The position numbers and the translations under genes were made by a program. From an uncultured Desulfobacter sp. (lineage in GTDB: Bacteria > Desulfobacterota > Desulfobacteria > Desulfobacterales > Desulfobacteraceae), in the NCBI GenBank assembly GCA_963665095.1, contig OY762069.1, positions 960,001 through 1,024,000 of the forward strand: 64,000 nt of DNA. The letters are read 5' to 3'. This document shows positions 19,526 through 29,795 of this stretch, one piece after another (positions within the stretch are counted from its first letter, which is position 1; every line of letters begins with the position of its first letter). The notes beneath the pieces were generated by a model. It was not told the DNA's origin. It saw only the letters and a program-made list of their open reading frames with translations, and made no database searches.

Positions 19526-20371
19526 TCAGTACTCTTTGGGTGTCTGGTTCAGCTCTTCCAGAGTGAAAACCGGACCGTCCTTGCAGACCAGCTCTTTGCC
19601 GATATTGCACCGGCCGCACATGCCGATGCCGCATTTCATCCTGTTTTCAAGGGACATGATGATCTGGTCGTCCCGGTAGCCCAGGCTTTTCAGGGCGGGC
19701 TGGGTAAACTTGATCATGATGGGCGGCCCGCACACAATGGCATAACTGTCCGGTCCTGCTTCAGGAATTTTTTGCTCCACAATGGCCGGGACAAAACCGG
19801 TATTGTATTTCCAGTCCGGGTCATCCGTGCCGTCCACCGTGATGTTCATGTTGATATCGTCTCTTTGTTCCCATTCATAAAGCTCATCCCGGTACAGCAG
19901 CATTCCGGGCGACCTGGCACCGTAGACCACATTGATGTTGCCAAATCTGGATCGGTTGGCAGTATCGAGAAGGAAGACAATGGATGAGCGCAGCGTGGTA
20001 AAGGCAAATCCGCCGCCAATGATGGCAATATTTTTGCCCTCAAGACGTTCCCAGGGAAATCCATTGCCCAAGGGGCCGCGGATTCCCATGATGTCACCTG
20101 TTTTCATCTTATGAAGGTGGGCGGTTACCTTGCCTGTTTTAAACACAGTGAATTTGACAAAGCCTTGTTCCACTGGTGAAGATGCGATGCCTATGGGGAT
20201 TTCTCCCACACCCGGAATGGACAGTTCTGCAAACTGGCCGGCAGTATAGGCGAAATTTTTTTCATCCTCTGGATCCAGGAAAACAAATTTAAAGGTCTTC
20301 AAAGATTTATCAACCGTGGCAACCTCAATATCATCAATTCTCACAGGGTAGGGGGTATAGGGATTTCTCAT
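19526..20371 (-). CDS. flxA: FlxA, FAD/NAD-binding 2Fe-2S subunit
   Basis: GQFAEL, RGPLGNGF, CGPPIM, MKCGIGMCGRC..CKDGPVF. Confidence 0.9.
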   Translation of the reverse strand: MRNPYTPYPVRIDDIEVATVDKSLKTFKFVFLDPEDEKNFAYTAGQFAELSIPGVGEIPIGIASSPVEQGFVKFTVFKTGKVTAHLHKMKTGDIMGIRGPLGNGFPWERLEGKNIAIIGGGFAFTTLRSSIVFLLDTANRSRFGNINVVYGARSPGMLLYRDELYEWEQRDDINMNITVDGTDDPDWKYNTGFVPAIVEQKIPEAGPDSYAIVCGPPIMIKFTQPALKSLGYRDDQIIMSLENRMKCGIGMCGRCNIGKELVCKDGPVFTLEELNQTPKEY

Positions 20372-21444
20372 ATTGTTTCTCCTGCCTTTGCTTCGAGTTG
20401 TGGCTCGTATGCATTCATCACATTACCGATGTGGCGGATGTCGATGTTTGCCGGACATTTTTCCACACACCGTCCGCACCCGATGCACATGATTCCCATG
20501 TCATATTTTTCTTCAAAATATTTGAGCTTGTGCATGAACCGCTGTCTGAACCGGGTCACTTTGTCCTGTCTGGGATTGTGTCCGGATGCATGTTTGGTGA
20601 AAAGTGCGGGCATGCAGGAGTCCCAGTTTCTGATTCTGGCTACGGCTGTGCCATGGGTTTCATCCTGAATGTCAAAACACCAGCAGGTGGGGCAGACATA
20701 GGCGCAGGTGCTGCAGCTGATACATGAAAATGACAAATCTTCCCAGAATGGGGCGTTATACAGCTCAAGCACGGTTTTTTTCTTAATATTTTCCGTGTTG
20801 ATGCTGCAGGAGACTGCCTCATGGGCCTTTGTTTTCATCTCCTTTATGGTTTGATCTGCTGCATCCTGATCAGCCAGGTCATTAAACCCTGCAGTATCCA
20901 GAAAGGCTTTTCCTTTATCTGTAATAACTTTGGCAAGGTAATGGTCTTTGCAGTCCACCAGCAGCACATCCAGATCCTCTTCTTCAAATGGGCCGGACCC
21001 GGCGCTGGTGGAAAAATCAAAGATGGAAGGGGTGTTCACCGCAAGGCCCACAAAGGTGGTTGCCGTATAGGCATCACACCAGTACGGATCGCGGTACTCG
21101 TTGGTGTCGAAATTAAGTTTCACAAGCTGAACCGCTTTGGCATCACAGGGGTGAATGCCGATCACAGCCCGTGGGGAAAGGTCCTGTTCCGGCGGTGTCA
21201 AGATATGATGATCTGTGACAGATTCATCCAGAGAGGTCTCAAGAATCTTTTGGGTTTGCGGGAAAAGAATTGATTTCGGGGAAAGCGTTGAAAGGGTGTA
21301 ATCCATGTCAGGATATACATCCGTACCAAGCAACTTGAATATGTGATGACTTTTATCTTTAACTGGGCCGAAAAGATTATAGTCCTCTCTGGCTTTATCT
21401 ATTCCGCCGGCCCAGGATGCCTTGTCTATTTTTATTATTTCCAT
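20368..21444 (-). CDS. flxB: FlxB, AsrA-like 4Fe-4S protein
   Basis: CISCSTCAYVCPTCWCF, RNWDSC, RQRFMHK, CIGCGRCVEKCP. Confidence 0.88.
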   Translation of the reverse strand: MEIIKIDKASWAGGIDKAREDYNLFGPVKDKSHHIFKLLGTDVYPDMDYTLSTLSPKSILFPQTQKILETSLDESVTDHHILTPPEQDLSPRAVIGIHPCDAKAVQLVKLNFDTNEYRDPYWCDAYTATTFVGLAVNTPSIFDFSTSAGSGPFEEEDLDVLLVDCKDHYLAKVITDKGKAFLDTAGFNDLADQDAADQTIKEMKTKAHEAVSCSINTENIKKKTVLELYNAPFWEDLSFSCISCSTCAYVCPTCWCFDIQDETHGTAVARIRNWDSCMPALFTKHASGHNPRQDKVTRFRQRFMHKLKYFEEKYDMGIMCIGCGRCVEKCPANIDIRHIGNVMNAYEPQLEAKAGETI

Positions 21445-21495
21445 ACTGATATCCTTAAGAGATTTCGTTGTTTGTATACATAAAAAGCGGGTCGG

Positions 21496-22443
21496 CTATT
21501 TGATATATTCATTGGAATCATCCGGATTAAACGTATCCAGAGGGGGCCGCTTCTCAATATCACAACCTGCTTCCCACCCATACATCTGGAAAACATCCTT
21601 ATTTAGCTTTCGTGTAAAAGCTCTGACATCGATATCCATGGGACAGGCCTCCACGCAAGCCCCGCAGTCGGTACAGCGGCCGGCGCAATGGTATGCCCGC
21701 AGAAAATGAAAGGTCCTGATATCGGTGGCATCCTGTCCCTTGCCCACCCACTGGGGATTGGATTCATCCACAAAACAGGTGGGGCAAAAGCACAATGGAC
21801 AGGCATTACGACAGGCGTAACACCGGATGCAGTTTTCAAACAGGTTATCAAACAGCTGCCATTTTTCATCCCGGTCCAGGGCTTCAATTTTGTCCACATC
21901 ACTGAACCGGTTTTCAATGGCAGGTTCAGTAACCAGCTCTGCTGCCAGCTGATCATAAATGACCGGATTTCTGTGTGTGCAAAGCGCACAGTTGGATTTT
22001 AGGAAATCATGCTTATTCAGGGTCTTTTGGTCATATTTCGTTTTAATGGCCATGGCATCACCGTCTTCGCTGAATTCTGTGATTTCATCGGGACATTCAG
22101 CGGTAATGAGCGCCTTGTCCACCATGCCTGTACAGGGCACTCCGATAATATGGAGCTGGTCCCGGGCAATTTTATTTTCAACGATATGACTGACAATATT
22201 TCTGGAATCACAGCCTTTGGCAACGATGCCAAGCTTTTCTTTCCGGTTGGTCAGGTAATTGGCCAGATTCAGACGACAGTTGCTGTCCCAGATCAAATCT
22301 TGTGCCTGTTCAGGGGTTTTTACCATGACAGGTACCGCAGACATGGGGATGGATCCGGCTTTAAATCCGATTACGGCATCCACCGTACCGTTTTCAAGCA
22401 GGGTGGCAGCAATTTCCCGGATTTTGGCGGTTATATTGTTCAT
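21496..22443 (-). CDS. flxC: FlxC, 4Fe-4S protein
   Basis: KGCDSR, CIRCYACRNACPLCFC, AGRCTDCGACVEACP. Confidence 0.88.
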   Translation of the reverse strand: MNNITAKIREIAATLLENGTVDAVIGFKAGSIPMSAVPVMVKTPEQAQDLIWDSNCRLNLANYLTNRKEKLGIVAKGCDSRNIVSHIVENKIARDQLHIIGVPCTGMVDKALITAECPDEITEFSEDGDAMAIKTKYDQKTLNKHDFLKSNCALCTHRNPVIYDQLAAELVTEPAIENRFSDVDKIEALDRDEKWQLFDNLFENCIRCYACRNACPLCFCPTCFVDESNPQWVGKGQDATDIRTFHFLRAYHCAGRCTDCGACVEACPMDIDVRAFTRKLNKDVFQMYGWEAGCDIEKRPPLDTFNPDDSNEYIK

Positions 22444-22454
22444 ATAGGGTCTCC

Positions 22455-22877
22455 TTAAACAGCTTTTTTCACAAATCGGTCATTGGGTCCTAGCGGCACG
22501 ATGGTCTCTGCAACTTCCCTTGCCACCTTGGCAAACTTGGTGGCCTCGGCAGAAGAGATCCATGAGAAGTGCAGTCGTCTTTTATCAATACCCATATATT
22601 CCAGCAGATTGCCCATGAGCAGGAACTTGCGCCTGGCATAGTAGTTGCCCTCAATGTAATGACACTCCCCGGGGTGACATCCTGAAATCCACACCCCGTC
22701 CGCCCCTTCCCTGAAGGCGGAGAGGATGAGTTTGGCGTCAATTCGTCCACTGCACGGCACCCGGATCACCCGGATATCGGTGGGGTACTGCATCCGGCTG
22801 ACACCGGCAAGGTCGGCGGCCCCGTAACTGCACCAGTTGCACAGAAAGGCCACGATTTTTATCTTTTTTTCAGCCAT
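22455..22877 (-). CDS. flxD: FlxD / MvhD-like 2Fe-2S subunit
   Basis: FLCNWCSYGAAD, VPCSGR, GCHPGECHY, WISSAE. Confidence 0.92.
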   Translation of the reverse strand: MAEKKIKIVAFLCNWCSYGAADLAGVSRMQYPTDIRVIRVPCSGRIDAKLILSAFREGADGVWISGCHPGECHYIEGNYYARRKFLLMGNLLEYMGIDKRRLHFSWISSAEATKFAKVAREVAETIVPLGPNDRFVKKAV

Positions 22878-22901
22878 TATATGAATCTCCTTATTGTCTT
22901 T

Positions 22902-25900
22902 TTACGCATTAACCGCCGTAATCTGAGAGTACAGTTGATTAAAATCAAATCCATTGAGGTGAATGGCCCCGGAGCGGCAGGAGGCCATGCACAGCCCGCA
23001 GCCTTTGCACAGAAGCGAGTTCACTGTGGCCTTGCCCTGGTTTCTGCCTTCCTCTTCAAAATGAGGCGCTGAATAGGGGCACACGGAGACACACACACCG
23101 CAGGAGCTGCAGATGGCCTGGTTGACATAGGCCACATTGCCGCTGGTATGGATCTGCTCTCTGGCAATCAGGGTCACGGCACGTGACGCAGCAGCCTGTC
23201 CATGGGCAATGGCTTCATCAATGGGTTTGGGATAGTGGGCCATCCCGCACAGGAACACCCCGTCTGTGGCAAACTCGGCAGGACCAAGCTTGGCATGACG
23301 TTCAACAAAGAAGCCGTCTTCGTTCAGGGGCACTTTGAAGAAATTGGCAAGCTGTTCATCTTTATTGGGTACAATGGCTGTGGCAAGGGTTAAAAGATCG
23401 GCCGTGATTTCGATATTCATATCCAGAACATGATCTTTTACCTTTACGACAACCTCCCCGTCGTTAAGCTGGACCACAGGTTTATTGTCCACCTCGTAGC
23501 GGATAAAAAGAATTCCCTGTTCACGGGCCTTCTGGTAGAGGTATTCCCGTTCTCCATATGTCCTGATATCCCTGTAAAGGATGTAGATATTCATTTCAGG
23601 ATTACGTTTTTTCAGCTCCAGGGCATTGTCCATGGAGTGCGTGCAGCAGACCCTTGAACAATAGGGACGGTCCGGTTCCCTTGATCCCACGCACTGGATG
23701 AATACCGCAGACTTCAGCTCTTTTAACGAGGGGTCATCAGATATGAACTTGCCATCCAGTTCCAGGCTGGTGATGATCCTGTCATCTTCGCCATAAGCGT
23801 ACTCTTCGGGTTTCAAGGGCAGGGCCCCTGTGGCAATGACAGCCACACCGTGTTCGATGGTGGCACTTTTGCCGTCAGATACAAGATCTGATTTAAAACT
23901 GCCCACAAAGCCTTCCACATTTTCAAGGGTGGTGTTCAGGTGAACATGGATATTTTCCTTGCTTTCAACCGCCTCAATCATGGCGGATGTCTCTTTCAGG
24001 ATATTTTCTCCCTTAAAGGTCTGGTACAGATTGTTGGCCTGGCCGCCCAAGCTGGCTGCACGTTCAACAATGTGTACGGTGTAGCCCTGGTCGGAAAGGG
24101 TCTGGGCCGCGGCCATGCCGGACAGTCCGCCGCCCACCACCATGGCGGTCGGGTTGATGGTGAGCTCGCCTTCCTGCAGGGGTTCCATAAGCGCCACCTT
24201 GGCCACGGACATGCGAACCAGATCCTTGGCTTTCTGGGTGGCAAGCTCAGGTGCCTCCTTGTGTACCCATGAGGCATGGTTCCGGATATTGGTCATTTCA
24301 AAGAGATATTTGTTCAATCCTGCATTGATCAGGGTCTCCTGGAACAGCGGCTCGTGGGTCTTGGGCGTACAGGCCGCCACCACGATGCGGTTGAGCTGTT
24401 TTTCCTTGATAATGCGGGTCATGGTGTCCTGGGTATCCTGGGAACAGGTATACAGGTTGTCGCAGGAGTACTCCACATAGGGCAGGTCAGCAGCATAGGC
24501 GGAAACTGCCGGCACATCGACGACGCCGTTGATGTTGGAGCCGCATTTGCAGACAAATACGCCGATCCTTGGCCGGTCACCCTGCACATCAATCTGGGGT
24601 ACAGGTTCGGGCTGGCGGGTCAGGGTGTTTCTGGCCGAACTGAGAAGTGCCCCTGCCTCACCGGCTGCTGCACTGGAATCCACAACGCTTTGGGGAATAT
24701 CCTTGGGTCCCTGGAACGCGCCGCAGACAAAGAAACCGGGGCGGCTGGTATGGACCGGAGAAAAGCTTGCGGTATCGGCAAAATGACCTTCGGTCAGGGA
24801 GATACCCAGTTTATCTGCCAGTTCCATATTCTGGGCCGTAATTTCAAGACCCACAGAGAGTACCACAATATCAAAAAGCTCTGTCTGCAGGGTACCTGTG
24901 TCATCCACATACCGGACTTTCAGTTCATCAGAATCCTGCAGGGGTTCGACACTGTGAATTCTTGAGCGGACCAGCCGTACCCCTTGTTTGGTGGCATTAT
25001 TCAAGGAGTGTTCAAAGTCCTTGCCATGGGTCCGCATGTCCATATAAAAAATGGTGCACTCAAGATCAGCTCCGGCATGTTCCTTGGCAATAACCGCCTC
25101 TTTCAGCGCATACATACAGCAGACAGATGAGCAGTATTTATGGTCGCACTGGTTGTTGTCCCTTGAGCCCACACATTGGAACCAGGCCACTTTCTTAGGT
25201 TCCTTGTGGTCGGACAGGCGCACCAGGTGACCCTGGGTGGGGCCGGATGCCGACAGCAGGCGTTCAAACTCCATGGCAGTCATGACATTGGCATGCTTGC
25301 CATATTGAAAGTGGGTGTAGCTGGACGGATCAAAGGGTTTAAAACCCGGTGCCATGATCACAGAGCCCACGTTAACCACTTTCTGGCCTGGTGTCTGCCG
25401 GTGGGTCTCCAGGGTAACCGCTTCAGCCAGGCAGGCATTGACACATTCATAACATTCACAACAGATCATGCAGTCAAGGCATCTGCCGGCTTCAGCCAGG
25501 GCCTGCTCTTCGGTAAATCCCAGTTCCACTTCGGCGAATCCGCCCAAGCGCTGGTCCATATCGATCCGTGCCATTATCTGCCGCGGGCTTTGGGTGATCT
25601 TTTCAGGAATTTTATTGAAATCTTTCTGGGCATACTCAATGGGCTCACGCCCCGCCTTGAGATCTTCCCCGTCCAGGAATCTGATCATAGAGACGGCAGC
25701 TTCTTTACCGGCCGCCACTGCGTTGATGGCAATGGAGGCCCCGGTCTGGGCATCACCACCGGCAAATACGCCTTTGCGGGAAGTCTCAAAGGAGATGGGA
25801 TCTGCTTCGATGTTGGCCCATTTGTTTATCTCAATACCAGTGGAGGTTTCAAGACATTTGGCGTTAGTTCTCTGACCAATGGCCGGGATGATATAATCCA

Positions 25901-27353
25901 CATCAAGAACGAAATCACTGCCGTCCACCGGTACAGGGCGGCGTCTGCCAGAAGCATCGGGTTCCCCTAATTCCATTCTGATGCACTTGATACCAACAGT
26001 TCTTCCATTTTCCACCACCACCTCTTTGGGCGCGGTAAGGAACTGGATATCCACGTTTTCTTCCCGGGCATCTTCAATTTCATCATCCCGGGCCGGCATT
26101 TCAGCCTCAGTGCGTCTGTAAAGGATGCTGACTTTGTCCGCACCGATTCTAAGCGCTGTTCTGGCCGCATCAATGGCCACATCACCGCCGCCAATGACTG
26201 CCACATGGCCTTTGAGCCCCTCAAAAGTGCCTAATGCCACATCCTTTAACAGGGTAACACCTGAGATAACGCCTTGGGCATCTTCACCGGCAATCCCAAG
26301 CTTCATTCCTTCATGACAACCAATGGCCAGATATACGGATTTATATCCGTCCGCCATGAGTGAATCCACAGTGAAATCACGTCCCAGGGCGGTATTAAAT
26401 TTAATCTCCACACCGGGTCTGCCGGTAATAAAATCAACTTCAGCGTCCAGTACTTTGGGGGGTAACCGGTAATCGGGGATGCCCACCTTGAGCATGCCGC
26501 CGGCCTTGGGAAGCGCCTCGAAAATGGTGACCTGAACCCCCTCGTTGGCCAGGAACCAGGCCGCGGTGAGGCCCGCAGGACCGGCACCGACTATCGCGAC
26601 TTTTTCATCCCGTGGGGTTACTTCCGGCAGTTCCAGGGAGCTTAAGTCCACCTGATCTGCAATGAAGCGCTTCAGGGTGCATATGGAAAGAGGTGCCTCC
26701 ACCTCCTGACGCCGGCAGGCATCTTCACAGGGGTGTGGACAGATACGGCCAATGGAGCCGGGCATGGGAAGGTTCCGGGTGATCACCTCCAAAGCCTGTT
26801 TGTATTTTTTCTGGGTCACCATTTTTACATAACCATGGGCATTGACCTCATTGGGACAGGCATTGGTACAGGGTGACCGGTCTTTTTTGGAGATGGAAAA
26901 AGCCCCGGGAACTGCCTGGGCATATGGTTTGTAGGTGGCTTCCCGCAGCCCCAGACCCTGTTCAAATACGCTGGGCAGCGTCACGGGACAGGCTTCGGCA
27001 CACTCCCCGCATCCCGTACACTTGCCGGCATCAATAAACCGTGGGGTCTGGTTCAGGGTGACTTCAAAATTGCCTGCGTCACCGGTAATATTTTCGATTT
27101 CGGACAGGGTTAGAAGTTCAATGTTCAAGTGGCGGCCAACCTCCACCAGTTTGGGCGACATGATACACATGGAGCAGTCATTGGTGGGAAAGGTCTTGTC
27201 CAGCTGAGACATGCCCCCGCCAATGGACGGGGTCTGTTCCACCATATAGACGTAGTATCCTGAATCCGCCAGATCCAGAGCCGCCTGAATGCCTGAAACA
27301 CCGCCGCCGGCTACAAGAACGGATCCAATGGTCTTTTGTTCATTCATAAACAT
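22902..27353 (-). CDS. hdrL: HdrL-type large heterodisulfide reductase A with an inserted GltD/NfnB-like NAD(P)H module
   Basis: LDKTFPTNDCSMC; insert with GRICPHPCE, GAGPAG and GGGDVAID; two QCVGSR..CSxVCC HdrA cores; C-terminal ferredoxin. Confidence 0.88.
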   Translation of the reverse strand: MFMNEQKTIGSVLVAGGGVSGIQAALDLADSGYYVYMVEQTPSIGGGMSQLDKTFPTNDCSMCIMSPKLVEVGRHLNIELLTLSEIENITGDAGNFEVTLNQTPRFIDAGKCTGCGECAEACPVTLPSVFEQGLGLREATYKPYAQAVPGAFSISKKDRSPCTNACPNEVNAHGYVKMVTQKKYKQALEVITRNLPMPGSIGRICPHPCEDACRRQEVEAPLSICTLKRFIADQVDLSSLELPEVTPRDEKVAIVGAGPAGLTAAWFLANEGVQVTIFEALPKAGGMLKVGIPDYRLPPKVLDAEVDFITGRPGVEIKFNTALGRDFTVDSLMADGYKSVYLAIGCHEGMKLGIAGEDAQGVISGVTLLKDVALGTFEGLKGHVAVIGGGDVAIDAARTALRIGADKVSILYRRTEAEMPARDDEIEDAREENVDIQFLTAPKEVVVENGRTVGIKCIRMELGEPDASGRRRPVPVDGSDFVLDVDYIIPAIGQRTNAKCLETSTGIEINKWANIEADPISFETSRKGVFAGGDAQTGASIAINAVAAGKEAAVSMIRFLDGEDLKAGREPIEYAQKDFNKIPEKITQSPRQIMARIDMDQRLGGFAEVELGFTEEQALAEAGRCLDCMICCECYECVNACLAEAVTLETHRQTPGQKVVNVGSVIMAPGFKPFDPSSYTHFQYGKHANVMTAMEFERLLSASGPTQGHLVRLSDHKEPKKVAWFQCVGSRDNNQCDHKYCSSVCCMYALKEAVIAKEHAGADLECTIFYMDMRTHGKDFEHSLNNATKQGVRLVRSRIHSVEPLQDSDELKVRYVDDTGTLQTELFDIVVLSVGLEITAQNMELADKLGISLTEGHFADTASFSPVHTSRPGFFVCGAFQGPKDIPQSVVDSSAAAGEAGALLSSARNTLTRQPEPVPQIDVQGDRPRIGVFVCKCGSNINGVVDVPAVSAYAADLPYVEYSCDNLYTCSQDTQDTMTRIIKEKQLNRIVVAACTPKTHEPLFQETLINAGLNKYLFEMTNIRNHASWVHKEAPELATQKAKDLVRMSVAKVALMEPLQEGELTINPTAMVVGGGLSGMAAAQTLSDQGYTVHIVERAASLGGQANNLYQTFKGENILKETSAMIEAVESKENIHVHLNTTLENVEGFVGSFKSDLVSDGKSATIEHGVAVIATGALPLKPEEYAYGEDDRIITSLELDGKFISDDPSLKELKSAVFIQCVGSREPDRPYCSRVCCTHSMDNALELKKRNPEMNIYILYRDIRTYGEREYLYQKAREQGILFIRYEVDNKPVVQLNDGEVVVKVKDHVLDMNIEITADLLTLATAIVPNKDEQLANFFKVPLNEDGFFVERHAKLGPAEFATDGVFLCGMAHYPKPIDEAIAHGQAAASRAVTLIAREQIHTSGNVAYVNQAICSSCGVCVSVCPYSAPHFEEEGRNQGKATVNSLLCKGCGLCMASCRSGAIHLNGFDFNQLYSQITAVNA

Positions 27354-28041
27354 CTCCTTGGAATTGTTTGTCGATATCCATTTCAGATTTGTGAGGTCTG
27401 CCTTTATCCAATGGGGTCAAATTTCGAAAATTAGACAACATGCGTCTTAAATCCTGGTGAGCGGGAGCTGAAAACGCCAATACCAGGAGAAAGTGTGCAA
27501 GCACTTGATGCAAGCGCTGTACGACAGGACATAGTAATTTTCGATAGGAAGTTTCCCAGAGGCCTGTGACAGCACGGCTCCGGGACCAGGCACCATAGAC
27601 AGGGCAGGTAGTCAGATTTCCATGGGGAACCAGCACATGTATCTTTTGCCTGATTCCGTGTTTCCGATTTTCAAGGCACGGAAGGCCTTGCATAATCATC
27701 CCTCCACGGGGTGAATCATTTAAAATTACTCAGGCCCATGTGCTGGAATAGAAGAGAAGTTGCAAGTTGTCAGGGTATTAATTTATAAACTGCAGGAAAA
27801 GAATCCATGACAACAACCGTTCCCCCTATGATATCCTGCTCTGCCGACACGGGCAGGGCCTGACAGTACTCATTGTCCTCCGGGGCAAACTGGCATGTTG
27901 TCCTCCTAATCAAGGATTTCGGTCGCAGTTCTTGATATTTCAGATTAAATTTGAGTATATAAAAACCAGATGATTTTCCAATTGATAATTCACAAGCCTT
28001 TGATGAATGTTATTGGAATATGCAATATAGTCTCCGTATTA

Positions 28042-28509
28042 TCAGCGGTGTGTGGTATAAATCCCTTTATGGCGCCATGGTCCCACCCGGGCAAAGATGG
28101 CGGTTAGACCCAGCAGCATGGCAGAAGCCAGATGAGTCCAGTCCACTAACATAACCACCATGGGGCTGAAGCCATGGTCAGGCAGATTCTTTACTGTGCG
28201 CAGCATCCCGGTTACCACGATCAATATAAGAAGCACTGTACGTATCCAGCCCAGAGTGGTTGGCCGCCAGTCTTTACGGTAATTTAAATAATAAATGGTG
28301 GCCATCCAGAAAAGCAGAACCAGAAAGAGTGCCGCAGCAATGTAGTGTATTTTATGAGTGGTATAGTAGGCTGCAAGCCACCCGAGTCCCGGAATATCCG
28401 CAATGTAGTAACGCTTGAAGATAGGCATCTGGGCCATGCCGGTCAGGGCTAAAAGCGTCATAAGGGCAAGCATTACCCTGTTCAGCCATTTGGGAAACAG
28501 GCTATTCAT
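28042..28509 (-). CDS. four-TM membrane protein, cytochrome-b-like partner
   Basis: Hydrophobic helices with THKIHY and WTHL histidines; QMPIFKRYYIADIPGLGWL; overlaps the upstream Fe-S gene. Confidence 0.65.
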   Translation of the reverse strand: MNSLFPKWLNRVMLALMTLLALTGMAQMPIFKRYYIADIPGLGWLAAYYTTHKIHYIAAALFLVLLFWMATIYYLNYRKDWRPTTLGWIRTVLLILIVVTGMLRTVKNLPDHGFSPMVVMLVDWTHLASAMLLGLTAIFARVGPWRHKGIYTTHR

Positions 28510-29515
28510 GGGTTCCCTCCTTTGCTTTTGGTCCGGATTTTTCAGAATTTAAAAATTTTGCACCCGCAGTGAGAACGCCTGCCGCCACCCCGGCCACCGG
28601 GGCGGCCAGTGCTGCCATGCCAAGAATTTCGTCTCGGGCCATCATATCCTCCACCGGGTTCATATGTGGATTTCCCGGACCTGTTTCAATCGCCCGGGCC
28701 AAAAGAGTCATGGGTACAGGAGATACGTAGATGGTATTGGTCCCACCGTTTTCAAACTCACCATAGATGAAATCATTGGCATCCGCGCCATCGGCAAATG
28801 TTTTAGCCAGGGCATGGGCTTTGGCCAGAATCTCCTGCCTGGGACCAATGGACTGCACCTCTTCCGGGCACTGACTGATACAGGCCGGCACACCCCCTTC
28901 TGCCAGAAGATCAAAGCAGCGGTCGCATTTAAACATCACACCGTTTCCGGCAAATGCGGGCATCAGTTGAAGGTAGAGGCCGACACCTGTCTGGCGCTGG
29001 GGAATACTCCAGGGACAGACCGACTTGCATTTGGAGCCACCCAGGCAGATATCGGTATTTATACGCACAACACCATTGTACTCCCGGGCACAGGCCCCCC
29101 AGGGACACAGGTTTGCACAGGGTGGATTCTGGCAGTGCATGCAGCGCCTGGGAATGTTTATTTCATGGGACTGCCCGCGCCATTCCACTTCTGCAGTCTG
29201 AATTGTCAGCCAGTTATAGGGGGTGAGCCGGTCCTCCACATCCTGACGGTCTGACCAGTCTGCCACCTTGACCCGGCCGGGGTACATCTTTGGAAAGGGT
29301 TTTTTCGGTTCCGGATATTTTGATCCGTTTTGCTCAGTACAGGCTGAAACACACTCACCACAGCCTATGCACTTTGATAAATCGTGCAGGGTGGCAAGTG
29401 CTTCACCTTTCTGAGCCGCCCTGACAGTGCCGGGCAGAAGCAGGGATGCGCCGCCGACCGCAACACCTTTTAAAAACGCCCGGCGACTTACACCTGTCCT
29501 TTGATTTTTTTGCAT
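28502..29515 (-). CDS. Tat-exported 4x[4Fe-4S] protein (FdnH/HybA-like)
   Basis: SRRAFLK Tat motif; CIGCGECVSAC, CMHCQNPPCANLCP, CLGGSKCKSVCP, KCDRC..PACISQCP; C-terminal anchor; AGGAGG before ATG 29515. Confidence 0.88.
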   Translation of the reverse strand: MQKNQRTGVSRRAFLKGVAVGGASLLLPGTVRAAQKGEALATLHDLSKCIGCGECVSACTEQNGSKYPEPKKPFPKMYPGRVKVADWSDRQDVEDRLTPYNWLTIQTAEVEWRGQSHEINIPRRCMHCQNPPCANLCPWGACAREYNGVVRINTDICLGGSKCKSVCPWSIPQRQTGVGLYLQLMPAFAGNGVMFKCDRCFDLLAEGGVPACISQCPEEVQSIGPRQEILAKAHALAKTFADGADANDFIYGEFENGGTNTIYVSPVPMTLLARAIETGPGNPHMNPVEDMMARDEILGMAALAAPVAGVAAGVLTAGAKFLNSEKSGPKAKEGTHE

Positions 29516-29795
29516 ATTGACCTCCTGGGTCCGCATGTTGGTCTTTGATGGTCCACATGTTTATACTAACCGTATTGTGTCATTTTTTCTCTGGTATAAC
29601 TCAGGATATAGGATAGGAATTTCCTTTTTGTCAAGCGACCCGAGCCGCATGAACATATCAGGCTGGAAATTTTTGTGGCAAAGGATAAGCCTTACCTGGC
29701 TTTAAAGAAAAACATCTGTGAATCCATTTTTAAAATACTTTTGGACCCACAGATGTCATGGGGATTGGCCTGGAAACGGCCTGAAAAGTGTATTG

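Noticed and set aside
27978..27995. Rex operator upstream of hdrL-flx
   Set aside because: Only one half-site (TTCACAA) matches TTGTGAA-N4-TTCACAA.
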